The notes under the pieces: generated by a model
What the model was told of the DNA's origin: nothing
What the model saw: only the letters and a program-made list of their open reading frames with translations
The model's database searches: none
From: Octopus vulgaris
Taxonomy: Eukaryota
Assembly (NCBI GenBank): GCA_951406725.2
Contig: OX597829.1
Coordinates: forward strand, 52,266,001 to 52,330,000
Length of the DNA stretch: 64,000 nt
Reading direction: 5' to 3'
Program-made: the position numbers and the translations under genes
Shown here: positions 13,365 to 26,876 of the stretch, one piece after another
How the letters are laid out: each line of letters starts with the position of its first letter
Position numbering within the stretch: the stretch's first letter is position 1

Positions 13365-13735
13365 GGCACAGGAGTGGCTATGTGGCAAGTAGCTTGCTTA
13401 CCAACCACATGGTTCTGGGTTCAGTCCCACTGCGTGGTACCTTGGGCAAGTGTCTTCTACTATAGCCTCGGGCTGACCAAAGCCTTGTGAGTGGATTTGG
13501 TAGACGGAAACTGAAAGAAGCCCATCGTATATATGTATATATATATGTGTGTGTGTATGTTTGTGTGTGTGTGTTTGTCCCATCCAACATCGCTTGACAA
13601 CTGATGCTGGTGTGTTTATGTCCCCATCACTTAGCAGTTCGGCAAAAGAGACTGACAGAATAAGACCTGGGATCGATGTGCTCCAGCATGGCCACAGTCA
13701 AATGACTGAAACAAGTAAAAGAATAAAAGAGTAAA
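13365..13735 (+). mobile_element. SINE family A (internally deleted)
   Basis: Head ggcacaggagtggctatgtgg, tail aaaagagt. Confidence 0.85.
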
Positions 13736-14214
13736 AAATACCTTTTTTTTATAAAGAAAATAATTATAGGTTAATGTGACCCATTTATAATAAATTTAAT
13801 GCAGTGATCTACAACGATTGCCTTTGAATTTTCTCATCTCTCTTTCTCTCTAATCAGGATTAATTTTATTATCTTCCTCTATCACCATTGTTCTTGTTAT
13901 TGTTATTGTCATCGTCATCGTTATCCTCTGTCATCACATTATAACGCAATATAAGAAATAGTTTTTGCGATTGCTTCTAGCTCTAGAAATAGCAATCGTA
14001 CTTCTCTCAAAAGGTATTAATGTAGTCCTTAGATGTTCCAAAAATTATGGATGAGATGGTCACAATTGGAACGAACCACCTTTAAACATAGGTTTGCTTA
14101 ACAACAACAACAACAACAACAACAACAAAACTGTCTTGTCACTTCTGTCACTGATGACATAATAGCAATTATGAAGATGTACTGTCTGTACTAGACGGTG
14201 ACGTTGTTGTTATT

Positions 14215-14319
14215 ATCACCATCATCATCGTCATCACCACCAGCAGCAGCACCACCACCACCACCACTTTCATCATCATCATCACCACCACCATCACCAC
14301 CACCACCACCACCACCACC

Positions 14320-14367
<48 letters not shown>
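14215..14367. repeat. Compound (CAT)n/(CAC)n microsatellite
   Basis: Seen directly; similar tracts at 26086-26230. Confidence 0.95.
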
Positions 14368-14368
<1 letters not shown>

Positions 14369-15528
14369 GTGTCACTGCCTCATAAATTAATAAAGATGCC
14401 TCTAAGTAGTTCAACCTGCTTGAAATAGTAGCCAAAACTCCCTCCTATCACACCCTGTCACCTAAAAGAAGGGAAGACACATTAGACAGTGATGTTCATT
14501 TTTGCAAAGAAAAAGAAATTGGACTGGATATACATGTTCACACGTACGCATGCCCGTGCACACACACACACATATGCATGCACACATGCACACATGTACA
14601 CAATACATATATATATATATATATACATAAAAAACACCATCCGAGCGTGGCCGTCTGCCAGCCTCGCCTGGCACCTGTGCAGGTGGCACATAAAAAGCAC
14701 CCACTACACTCACGGAGTGGTTGGCGTTAGGAAGGGCATCCAGCTGTAAAAACACTGCCAGATCTGACTGGCCTGGTGCAGCCTTCTGGCTTCCCAGACC
14801 CCAGTTGAACCGTCCAACCCATGCTAGCATGGAAAGCGGACGTTAAACGATGATGATGATGATGATGATATATATATATATATCGTGGCACTCCATCGGT
14901 TAAAATGACGAGGGTTCCAGTTGATCCAATCAACAGAACAGCTTGCTTGTGAAATTAACATGCAAGTGGCCGAACACTCCACAGACACATGTACCCCTTA
15001 ACATAATTCTTGGGGAGATTCAGCATGACACAGAGTGTGATAAGGCTGGCTCTTCGAAATACAGGTACAACAGAAACAGGAAGAAAGAATGAGAGAAAGT
15101 TGGGGTGAAAGAGTACACCAGGGCTCACCACCATCCCCTGTCGGAGCCTCATGAACCTTTAGGTGTTTCCGCTCAATAAACACTCACAACGCCTGGTCTG
15201 GGAATCAAAACCACAATCCTATGACTGCGAGTCTGCTGCCCTAACCATTGCGCCTCCACATATATGCATATATATATCATCATCATCATCATTTAACGTC
15301 CGTTCTCCATGCTGGCATGGGTTGGACAGTTTGGCTGAGGCCTGGAAAGCAAGCTGCTGCACCAGGCTCCAATCTGATCTGGCAGTGTTTCTACAGATGG
15401 ATGCCATTCCTAACGCCAACCACTCTGAGAGTGTAGTGGGTGCTTTCTACATGCCACCGGCATGGGGGTCAGTCACTGGGTACTGGCATTGGCCATGTTC
15501 ACATGGTGTTTTTTACATGCCACCGGCA

Positions 15529-15631
<103 letters not shown>

Positions 15632-16319
15632 TGTCTCTAATTAATATTATATATATATATATCATCATCATCATCATCATCGTTTAACGTACGCTTTCCA
15701 TGCTAGCATGGGTTGGACGGTTCAACTGGGGTCTGGCAAGCCCGAAGGCTGCACCAGGCCAGTCAGATCTGGCAGTGTTTCTACAGCTGGATGCCCTTCC
15801 TAACGCCAACCACTCCGAGAGAGTAGTGGGCGATTTTATGTGCCACCGACACAGGTGCCAGACGAGGCTGACAGACGGCCACGCTCGGATGGTGTTTTTT
15901 ATGTGCCACCGACACAGGTGCCAGACGAGGCTGGCAGACGGCCACGCTCGGATGGTGTTTGTTACGTGCCTTCAGCACGGAGGCCAGTCGATGCGGTACT
16001 GGCTACAGTCACGTTCGGATGGTTTTCTTATGTGCCACCGGCACTGGTACCACCGGCACTGGTACCACAAGGATACAAATTCCATTGATGTTCATATATA
16101 CATATATATTGTGTATGCATATAATAAAGTTGAAAATGCACATAGAGTGTATCTTAAGGTTTATTTAATTTAAAATTAATTCACCAAACTGGTTTCACAT
16201 TTGTATGATTTGCATGCATGTGGTTTTAGGTTCAATTTCACTGCACAGCAACTTGTGTTGGTGTCTTCTATTACAGCCCAGGGCTGACCAATGCTTTGTG
16301 AGTGAATTTGGTCGACAGT

Positions 16320-17090
16320 AACTGTGCTCTTTGACACATCAGAAGGTGATTTCAAGCATGCACTGAATCGATTCGCTGCAGAGTTCTTCAAAGCAGGAAT
16401 GAGATTTAGTGTTGCGAAGACTATGGCATTGGTCCTTTTAAAAAAGTCTTCTCAGTGCACCCTGCATGTTAGGGGAACAGCACTGAGACAAGTGGGGGAA
16501 GTTTAAGGATCTAGGGTGCTGTATTCACAAGTGATGGGAAACAGGAGGCAGAAATGAATGTTAGAATTGCATATCCTGGTACAGTAATGCACCAGCTCTG
16601 GTATTCGATACTCAGAAAAGGAGAAGCTGGAAAAAAACCCCAAAAAAACTTGCTATCTTCAAATTGGTTTTCATGCCCATCCTTACCTGTGGTGATGAAA
16701 GACAGGTAATGACAGAAGGGGTATGATCACAAATACAAGCAGCTGAAATGGATTCCTCTGAAGAATTCCTGGAATAATGTATCTCAACATGAAGCAGAGT
16801 TTGGAGATCAGTAAATCTCTCCGTGTTGAGATATCACAGCTCCAGTTCTGCAGACATGTGATTAGAATGTTGCAGGAAAGAATCACAAGGTGAATTCTTC
16901 AAGTGGAACCAATCAGACCTATGAGTAGACCAGGGGCGAGATGATTGGATAATATCCATAGTCTCAGTTGGTGATGCTTAGGAATCCAAGCAGAAGGTGT
17001 CATGACAGCTGCTTCTGACAGGACCGTATGAAGGAGGTGTCTGAAGTTGTTATATTCCCCAGACCTTTCAAGAATTGTGGGCAGATAAGA
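16320..17090 (+). mobile_element. Degenerate RTE-clade LINE (RT C-terminal part)
   Basis: Frameshifted translation including FKHALNRFAAE-KAGM, xFTSDGKQEAEMNVRIA, QAAEMxFL and GRPGARWLD-like segments typical of RTE ORFs. Confidence 0.75.
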
Positions 17091-17335
17091 TGAATGGATA
17101 TATATATGTGTGTGTGCATACGTGTGTGTGTGTGTGTGTGTGTGTGTGTCTTTGAGTCTGTGTTTATCCTCTTTCAACCTTTGACAACTGGTGTTGGTTT
17201 GTTTACATACCTGTAACATAGCAGTTCAGTAAAAGGGGCTAATAGAAGAAGTATCAGACATTAAAAATAGGTATTGGAATCAATTTGTTGGAATAAATTT
17301 CTTCAAGGCAATACTCCAGTATGGCTGCAGTATGA

Positions 17336-17768
17336 TCTTTTCTACTCTAGGCACAAGGCCCGAAATTTTTGTGGAAGGGGGACCAATTGATTAGATCAAC
17401 CCCAGCACACAACTGGTACTTAATTTATTGACCCCTGAAAGGATGAAAGACAAAGTCGACCTTGGCGGAATTTGAACTCAGAACATAAAGTCATGCTAAT
17501 GTTTCTTATTTCTTTATTGCCCACAAGGGGCTAAACATAGAGGGGACAAACAAAGACAGACAAAGAGATTAAGTTGATTACATTGATCCCAGTGCATAAA
17601 TGGTACTTAATTTATCCCCCCCCCCAAAAAAAAAACAATGAAAGGCAAAGTTGACCTCGGTGGAATTTGAACTCAGAACGTAAAGGCAGACAAAATACTG
17701 CTAAGCCCAGCATACTAACCTTTCTGCCAACTTACTGTCATGCTAATGTTTCTGCCAGCTCGCCACCT
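17336..17768 (-). mobile_element. SINE family B, composite copies
   Basis: Core gagttcaaattccgccgaggtcgactttgcctttcatcctttcggggtcgataaa, resembling the Nin/Deu-type SINE domain. Other copies at 19911-20049, 25570-25792, 32575-32800, 38529-38762, 39057-39255, 55641-56008 and 59596-59790. Confidence 0.85.
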
Positions 17769-18326
17769 TATGGCTGCAGAATAATGACTGAAGCAAATAA
17801 AAAATAAACGATATTTTTGTATGAAATGCATGATTCAATGATTTAGATTTTACTTATAAATATTTTGCCTGCACACATGCAACATGGACTGTGAATTCAT
17901 GGAGTTGTTAAACATCAAATAGACTGGCTTGGAATATTCTCTCTACTCTTTACTCCGAATTCATATTCTATCAAAATCAATGTTACTTTTCATCCGGTGG
18001 GTAATAAATAAATATATTAGTTAAGTGCTGCAGGGGATGGGATGGGGTTAATTTTTCTCTTTCACTTTTGGAATTGGCAACCATTTGCTACGAGATGGGT
18101 TCTGAGAGGTAATTACTAGTGTCCCTTTCTCCAAAAATGGAGAAAAGACAAGTAAAATGAAAGCAACCGTTTCTCACATGATATGTTACTGTCAAAGAAT
18201 GGACTGATGTGTAGTATAGCATGGAATGGAATAAAAGGAAATATATTACTGTTCTATATTTAAGAGATGAGGAATTATTTACATTATTTACATTTGACGG
18301 ATATTTGTCCACCTTGTTTGCTGTTA

Positions 18327-18370
18327 ACACAACATTTCGGCTGATATACCCTCCAGCCTTTATCAGGTGT
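18327..18370 (-). ncRNA. Degenerate minimal hammerhead ribozyme motif
   Basis: ACAC CTGATAA A GGCTG-loop-CAGCC GAAAT GTT GTGT; helices I and II intact, G8->A uncompensated. Confidence 0.6.
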
Positions 18371-20380
18371 CTTGGGGATGCCCTTCCTAACACCAACCAC
18401 TCTGTAGAGTGGACTCAGTGCTTTTTACATGGCACTTGCACAGACAAGGTTAGTTTTGGTAAGATTTTTACAGCTGGATTCTCTTCCAAACACCAACCAC
18501 GTTACAGTGTGGACTGGATTGATGCTTTCTACACGGCACCAGCACTGGCAGGGTCACCAAGTAACTCATAAGGCAAGGAATTGTGAGAGGGGCAGGGGGC
18601 ATTTGAGGAGGGGGAACTTGTGTCAGAGGATGAAAGGTTAGAGTGTGATAAAGAGGCAGAGAGGAAGAAGCAGATGTCTTGTCACAACAGAAGGGACATT
18701 AGAGGAGGTGATCCAGTATCAAATGATGAAAGGTTAGAGTGTAACAGAGAAATAGAGAGGCAGAAAAAGGTGTCTTGCTACAGAGGAGGTACATGGTGTG
18801 AGAGAGAGAGAGAGAGACAGAGACAGGTGGGCTGCTGTAGAGGAGATACTTGGTTACCTAGTCAGAGGGAAAAGCAAGAGAAGGAGAGAAAGAGAGAGTG
18901 ATCAAGAATGAAGGTAGAAATAGGTGTGCTGCTGTAGAGGACATACACGGCTACCCAGCCAAGGGGAAGAGCAAGGGAGAGAGAGAAAGAGTTGAAAACA
19001 GCAAAAGTGCAGGAGAGAGATGGTGAAGTGCCAGGGTATACTCACAAGTAACAAGGATCAGAGCATCGATGTGATGGTAGAATAAAGAAAGAGAGAGGTA
19101 TGGCGGTCATAATAAATGTGGTCCGGTATTACCAAGAAGGCACAAGTAGGGAGTGAGGATTGTAGCAAGTGGTGAAAACCTAGGTTTAAAAATGGGGGGA
19201 AGCAGCGATAGTTTTCAGGATAGTGAGGACAGGACAGGGAAGGGGATTGGAAGACAATCATAGTTTATGAAGAGGAAATGTGAGAAGGGGAAAGATGCAG
19301 TTTAGAAGAGGGGATGTAGTTCGTTTCCTTGGAAGTCAACTGGGGACAATTCATTTGATTACAAAAATTCTCCAAGCTAGTGCCCCAGCATGGCCACAGT
19401 CTAATTATATACATGACAGGCTTCTTTCCGTTTCCATCTACCTAATCCACTCACAAAGCTTTGGTCGGCCCAAGGTTGTAATAGAAAGATCTTGCCCAAG
19501 GTTCATTCCATGGGACTGAACCCAGAACCATGTGGTAGAGAAGCAAGCCTCTTACCACACAGCTGCGCCTTCTCCATTTATTGAGAAGATTTAAAATACT
19601 AACAGACTCACACAACCCTCTGTACTGTTTCATTCCTCTCTGTCTTTTCTATGGCTACAGTAATGGCCTCTGTATCTCAGAGGTAGCTGGTTTCATATCT
19701 TCTCTGCTCAAGCATCTGTCTCCCATTCACTTTTCTACTCTCTCACTATCGTTGTTATGTCCACAGATAACCATTATACCCAGTCCACCTCTGAATCTTC
19801 TCCTTGCTCACAATTTTCCTGCAGATGTTGACCTCCAACTGTCTAAATTGAACATTTCCAATGCCACTTCACCATTCCTATCTTCTCTTCAAAAATGTGT
19901 GTAGCCATGGTGGACTTTACCTTTCATCCTTTCGGGGTCGATAAATAAAGTACCAGTTTCCAACTGAAGTCGATGTAATCGACTTAATCCCTTTGTCTGT
20001 CCTTGTTTGTCCCCTCTATGTTTAGCCCCTTGTGGGCAGTAAAGAAATACATGGTGGCTCCTCTATAACCAGGAGCCTGTTCTGCTCTGGCCCTTTTGCA
20101 CATACTTTAACTCCCTCCAGTTCAAGTATAAAGCTCCCTGCCCTTCTTGGGTTTCATAGTCTTGCAAGCTGCATGGCGACCTCACATAAAAAGCACCCAG
20201 TATGCTCCTGTAAAGTGGTTGGTGTTAGGAAGAGCATCCAGCCATAGAAACCATACCAAAGCAGATACTGGAGTACAATGCAGCCCTTGGACACATCAGA
20301 TCCTGTTAAAACACCCAGCCTATGTCAGCATGGAACATGGGCGTGAGATGATGATGATAGTGGTGGTGGTGGCAGTGAAC

Positions 20381-20449
<69 letters not shown>
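20381..20449. repeat. (AAT)n microsatellite followed by AAG/TAG/CAG triplets
   Basis: Seen directly. Confidence 0.98.
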
Positions 20450-20451
<2 letters not shown>

Positions 20452-21189
20452 GAAGAAGAAGAAGTAGTAGTAGTCTCAACAGCAGCAGCAGCAACCGTCC
20501 AAGAATTTGGACCTGGAGATCTCCATTTCCAGCGACTTTGAGGGCCACCTCCCAGTGGTGTCGGGTGTCAACGAAGAGCCCTTGACTACAACAAGATGAC
20601 CGAAGTTTTTTTTTTTTTTCAAGGTCTGGGGTCTCCCGCCCCTCAGTGCTAGACCATCACCTAATCACTCTTACCCATCTTGTTGCTTAACAATAACAAG
20701 AACAGCAACAGTAGCAGCACACTGGGGTCAGAAAACTCTGAATGGTCATGGACTATGCTCATTACTGATGACTCATTGAATTATATTAAAAAAGAAATTG
20801 ATAACCTAACAGATTTCAAGGCATAAATACATTTGAATTTGTGTTAAGTTTATCTTGATTACAGCAAATAGTGCAACATCGTCTCTGAAAAACAATATAT
20901 TCTTACATTGTAAACATTTAATGTTCCACCACCACCACCACCACCACCAGCCACTGCTTTAAAATGTTTTCTTTGCTGATAAGATGGGTGACAGTTTTCT
21001 TCTCTTTTTTTTTTGTAATCTGTCCTATATAAAGGACAGATACACATAAGCAAATCATAAGGCTGTATCAAATTTCACAGAGAAAATATATGAAATATCA
21101 TACAGCTTGTATTAAGATTTCATAAGAAAATTCAACTAAGTTTTACAACTTTTCAAGAAATATGGAGTATTATTACAGAGATTATTACA

Positions 21190-21450
21190 GGGGGGTATGA
21201 CAGGGGACCAAAACTCCTGGCAGTTTTTTATGCTTGAAAAGACATGTGCAGTTAAATAAAAACATGGTTGTCCTTGCATACAAGCTTCTTCCCTGTGGAG
21301 GGAACCTTTTGAAGTGGACAGACTCAGAAAGACATGGGGTGAAGTAGTGAGAAAGGATCTACAAGCGTTGGGATTCACAGAAGGGATGACAGGGGACCGA
21401 GACTCTGGGCAGTTTGCTATGCTTGAAAAGACATGTGGAGCTAACCCCAA
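21190..21450 (+). mobile_element. RTE LINE ORF end, partly duplicated
   Basis: DRLRKTWGEVVRKDLQALGFTEGMTGDRDSGQFAMLEKT matches RTE C-termini; the last ~55 bp are duplicated upstream. Confidence 0.7.
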
Positions 21451-21954
21451 GTCAACCTTCATCCAACACAGCCCTGGCAAAAGGTGTTTCAGTCATGACC
21501 TCCAGGTCCCTTTGTGTTTAGTCATAGTTCATCTAGGACTATGTTATCCCATGTGTCCTGTAATTTTTTTTAGTCAAAGAGTATGTGTGTCTGTGAGTGA
21601 GATTCAGGGGTATATGGAGTGTCAAGGTGGGTTAGCACCTTTGTCAGAAAAACACATTGTGCTCTCAGAGCTCATTGTTGTTTCATTTATATACCACAGC
21701 CCCACACCCCACACCTCATATTCCAAAAAAGGGGACAGTGAATTTGCAGTCATTAGAGTATTGGATAGAACTTTTTGCAGGGTTTGTTCCAATTCTTTGC
21801 ATTCCAATTCTTGCACACAGTTCAAACCCCTCTGAATTCAACTTTCAAATTTGTTTAGAATGTCCCAGTCTGGGGCAGTGGATTAGTGGATCGTTAGAGC
21901 ATTGAAGAGAATACCTTGCAGTACTTTTTACCAAGTCTCTTTTCTTTCTCTTTT

Positions 21955-22363
21955 TGTCTTTTTACTTGTTTCAGTCATTTGACTGCGGCCATGCTGGAGC
22001 ACCACCTTTAGTCGAGCAAATCGACCCCGGGACTTATTCTTTGTAAGCCCAGTACTTATTCTATCGGTCTCTTTTTGCCGAACCGCTAAGTGACAGGGAT
22101 GTAAACACACCAGCATCGGTTGTCAAGCAATGCTAGGGGGACAAACACAGACACACAAACATATACACACACATACATATATATATATAAATATATATAC
22201 GACAGGCTTCTTTCAGTTTCCGCCTACCAAATCCACTCACAAGGCATTGGTCGGCCCAGGGCTATAGCAGAAGACACTTGCCCAAGATGCCACGCAGTGG
22301 GATTGAACCCGGAACCATGTGGTTGGTAAGCAAGCTACTTACCACACAGCCACTCCCGTGCCT
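21955..22363 (-). mobile_element. SINE family A
   Basis: Near-consensus copy; an oppositely oriented older copy lies at 22737-23152. Confidence 0.9.
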
Positions 22364-23683
22364 GTGTATTCTGAGCTCAAGTTCTGCCCCCATCAATGAA
22401 AAACAGGGACACTTCTGTCACAAGTTGTGAGTGGCAGATGGTATGAGAAAATATGAAAAACTTACAAGATGTAGTTTCCTTGGACAATCAGCTGCGACCA
22501 TGGGACACACGAAAGAGATAAGATGATCGAAGCAGGAATGAAATTTGCTTGTAGGTCATCTTAGGGTCAACCTGAATCTATGCAATGATATCAACAACAG
22601 CCCTCCTGCCATGACCTAACAATGGAGTATTTTCAAACAGCAGCCAGTTACTCCTCAAACCTTTAACAAAAGGGCAGTTTCCATGGTATGCTACTCCAGA
22701 AAAAAAAAGAGAAAGAGAGGGTATCATAATCTTAATAGGTGTAGGCGTTGACTGTGCAGTAAGAACCTTGCTTCCCAACTACATGGTTCCGGGTTCAGTC
22801 CCACTGCATATGGCACCTTGAGAGTCTTCTACTATAGTCTCGGGCCAACCAAAGCCTTATGAGTGGACTTGGTAGACAGAAACTGAAAGAAGCCCATTGT
22901 GTGTATATATATATATATATATATATTATTTATGGGCATGTATGTGTGTATTTGTGTTTGTCCCCCCCCCCCATTGTTTGACAACCAATGTTGGTGTGTT
23001 TATGTCCCTGTAACTTAGCGGTTTGGCAAAACAAACTGATAGAATAAGTACTGGGCTTACAAAAGAATAAGTCCTGGGGTTGATTTGTTCGACTAAAGGC
23101 AGTGCTCCAGCATGGCTACAATCAAATGACTGAAACAAGTAAAAGAGTAAAAGCTATAATGCCTGTGACCATAACTTGAATATCTGATCCTTGATCATAG
23201 AACTGAATGATCAGCAATGCCCTTTGGCTGGTGGGTGCTGGGGCAGGATAAACAACAACAATACTAACAACAACAACACTAATATTACTACACACTTAAC
23301 ACCTTTATCACCACTATTAAGGTGGTAACAATAATCTGTGGTGCTCTTAGTGGTAGTGATAGTGATGTTAATGATAGTGTTACTGATGGTGGTGGTGGTG
23401 GTGGTGGTGTTGGTGGTGATGATGGCCTTGCTAGTAATGGTTGTGATAGCATTGATGTTGTTTGGTCACAGATCGGACCAGACCCCTTGTTAAGCAGATG
23501 CATGGTAAGCACAGGTCCTGTGTTCAAGTTGTATACTGTCTCCATCTAGCTGAGAACCATAACTTTAAACTTGGATATATCATTATTTATCATATAAGCC
23601 AAGGCAAAAGTAGAAAATCATTTGTGGGATTGAACCCAGAACCATGTGGTTTACAAGAAAACTGCTATGTCTGCCCTTTCTGA

Positions 23684-24030
23684 TTTATTACCTCTGCCTT
23701 AGTGAAGGCGGAGGTATAGTTTTCAGTCGCGTTTGTTTGTTTGTCCATGAACAAGATATCTCAAGAACTGCTGGATGTTTGGTCTCATGACTGGCACAAA
23801 CTGATTAGATTTTGGGATCAATCTGGTACTGGACAAGGATTCTGGATTATTTTTCCTGTGTTTTTTTACTTAATTTTTGAGAGCAGTCAGGTTCATTTTT
23901 AGTATTCTCATTTGTGAGAGCAGTCGAGGATATTTCACATATTCTCATTTTAAAATTAATCTGTTGCTAATCATTGAGAGGATGTTGGTGTTGCCATGGC
24001 GGTGGTTTGCACTCTCTGAGTGCTCTTGTT
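23684..24030 (+). mobile_element. Helentron-associated (DINE-1/HINE-like) element
   Basis: Starts TTATTACCTCTGCC..GGCGGAGG (subterminal inverted repeat), has a GTTT microsatellite, ends GGCGGTGG...GCACTCTCTGAGTGC stem-loop before a T-rich flank. Confidence 0.7.
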
Positions 24031-24035
24031 TTATA

Positions 24036-24448
24036 TTTACTCTTTTACTCTCTTTTTACTCTTTTACTTGTTTCAGTCATTTGACTGCGGCCATGCTGGA
24101 GCACCACCTGTAGTCGAGCAAATTGACCCCGGGACTTATTCTTTGTAAGCCCAGTACTTATTCTATCGGTCTCTTTTGCCGAACCGCTAAGTGACGCGGA
24201 CGTAAACACACCAGCATCGGTTGTCAAGCAATGCTAGGGGGACAAATACAGACACACACACACACACATACATATATACATATATACGACAGGCTTCTTT
24301 CAGTTTCCGTCTACCAAATCCACTCACAAGGCATTGGTCAGCCCGGGGCTATAGCAGAAGACACTTGCCCAAGATGCCACGCAGTGGGGCTGAACCCAGA
24401 ACCATGTGGTTGGTAAGCAAGCTACTTACCACACAGCCACTCCTGCGC
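24036..24448 (-). mobile_element. SINE family A
   Basis: Near-consensus copy. Confidence 0.9.
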
Positions 24449-25448
24449 TATTTTTTTGTAACTTTTATAAAGCAAAGATATTGTATTTATTCTATATCAT
24501 GTGCAAATAAAACACATCCAAAATGTTCTTTTATTTAGTTTATCAATGTTGTTTTCTTGTAATTAGACAAAGTCCATAAAAAGAGTAATAAAATGAAGTT
24601 TTATCTTATCAGCTGTGGTTACTTTGACATAAATAGCGAGCATTTATCCTATTTCTGTGTCCTGTAATTCATTGTAAGATTCCATTATTTTTCTTGTATA
24701 TAATCTAGACCTTGCACCAATGTGAAAAATCCTCAATATGATCATTTGACATATTACAAATGGCAGCCAAATCTTCCTTAAATCATGTCTTACTACTCTA
24801 AATAATAACAGGCAACACTGCATAATATAGTTCTATGTAAACCTAAAAAGACAGAACAGTCGTAGCTAAAATGCCTTTGAGAATAGATTCGCTCGATCAA
24901 AGCTATTTAATATCAACCATTATCTCTCGTGAATTAATAAATAATTCAGTTCCTACAATTGTTTGTATTTATTCCCATTTTGAAAACATTTTTTCTTTTT
25001 CTTTTTATGTTCCCTCTCTGAGTTTTCTTTTTTCTGTCATTAAATATTAACCCATTTAATTTTTTTTATTAGTTATCTTACTCCTCTTATAACGACTTAT
25101 TATAAGCAGTAGACATTTTTCTTTTGATTATGTGACTAACAGTAATAACGACCAAAGGAAATGTAAGGTGTGTGTGTGTTTCTGTGGAGCATAAAGTAGA
25201 TCACCTGAATAAGTTATTCGTCTTACAGTGTTTCTTTTATTTCTCCTCTCACCCATGTTTCAAGTTCAAATTATCTCAGGATCGCTTTTGTGTTTCAGCC
25301 CTCAAAAGAAAAAGAAAAAAGAGTGAAAAGAAAAAAAATGTGAAAATAAAATAAAGTGAAAATAAAAAAAAAGTGAAAAGAAAAATACAATGACCTTGAG
25401 CTTCAGTAAAATGCTCACTATCACATGCTATGTGATATTTAGTTAAAT

Positions 25449-25962
25449 CAGTGGTTCCCAAACATTTTCGGGCTGCCGCCCCCTTGGTTCTCAGGCCACA
25501 TGCCTAGTGCCCACCCCACACACCATCACGGACACAGACCTTTTCTGCAACAAATTCAAAACAATTCAAAACAGAAACGTTAGCGTGCCGGGCGGAATAC
25601 ATAGCCGTAATTCGTCTGCCGCTACGTTCTGAGTTCAAATTCCGCCGAGGTCGACTTTGCCTTTCATCCTTTCGGGGTCGATAAATAAAAGTACCAGTTT
25701 CGCACTGGGGTCGATTTAATCGACTTAATCCCTTTGTCTGTCCTTGTTTGTTCTCTCTATGTTTAGCCCCTTGTGGGCAATAAAGAAATAAATATTTCAC
25801 AAATAAAACCTAACCTGATTATCCCTTTAATTTTTTTTTTTACATCCATTGCCTCCTTTTGGTCACCCCATTATCAACCCAATCTTCTTCAATGCCCCCC
25901 CCCCCTGGATCTTTCCACCACCTTCGGGGGGGGGGGGTTACAACCATCATTGGGAACCACTG
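25449..25962. mobile_element. hAT (Charlie-like) MITE interrupted by a SINE B
   Basis: TIR CAGTGGTTCCCAA / TTGGGAACCACTG; 8-bp TSD agttaaat / agttcaat; SINE B nested at ~25570-25792. Confidence 0.85.
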
Positions 25963-26337
25963 AGTTCAATCCTTTAAATGCCTGAGTTGAAAATCCTGTT
26001 AAGGTCTGATGTTACCTTTCATCATTGCACATTCAAGTAGTACATACCAGTAATATACTGTGCACATCACCAGTTGATTTATTCTATGATGATGATAATG
26101 ATGGTGATGATGGTGATGATGGTGATGATGATGGTGATGGTGGTGGTGGTGGTTGTGGTGGTGGTGGCGGTGGTGGTGGCAGTGGTGATGATGATGGTGA
26201 TGATCATGACGATGACGACAATGATGATGAATCCCAGAAGGATAAAAGGAAATGTTGACAATGTTAGGAGTTGAATTCAGTCTTAGCAGCTTTTTCGTTT
26301 GCAATCGGTGTGTCATTAAATGTGAACCAGTGTTTAA

Positions 26338-26810
26338 CCCTTTCGTTACTGAATTTATTTTGAGATGCTCAGTGTTTCTTCCAATTAATTTGAAATATAA
26401 CAAAGAATTAAGTAAAATAACATTGTTATCATTAAGCTAGAGTTAGGGACGTAAATTGTGACTAAGGTTTGGTGGAAGGTTTTAATTCAGAACTTTTGAA
26501 AACCAGACATTTGTACTAAAGAGCCAGAGCCGGTTTTGGCTGGGTTGGTAACAAAAGGGTTAAGAATTGTTTCTCTATTATATATTTTAACCCTCTTGTT
26601 ACCATATTTCTGTTGTTATGCTGTGTTTCTTTCAATTAATTTTAAATATAACAAAGAATTAAGTAAAATAACTTAGTTATCATTAAGCTAGAGTTAGGAA
26701 CATAAATTGTGACTAAGGTTTGGTGGAAGACTTTAATTCAGAACTTTTGAAAACCAGACATTTGTACTAAAGAGCCAGAGCCGGTTTCAGCCGGGTTGGT
26801 AACGAAAGGG
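26338..26810. mobile_element. Two adjacent piggyBac-like MITEs (family 2)
   Basis: TTAA|CCCTTTCGTTAC...GTAACAAAAGGG|TTAA (26338-26559) and a second copy at 26591-26810; partial third copy at ~56014-56210. Confidence 0.85.
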
Positions 26811-26876
26811 TTAAACCAGCCATCAAAGTGCAAGTTCGTCAAGGCAGAAGTCCAGGCAAGGTTGATTATAGAAGAC

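Noticed and set aside
14169-14435. Poly-M/V/P/S ORFs, and poly-IY, poly-N, poly-H, poly-I ORFs elsewhere
   Set aside because: Microsatellite translations with no splice or homology support.
25141-25299. Two possible - strand exons (…ACATGG|gtgaga and cag|GTGATC…)
   Set aside because: The first has a rare GAG acceptor and the intervening intron would be only ~48 nt; too weak to call.
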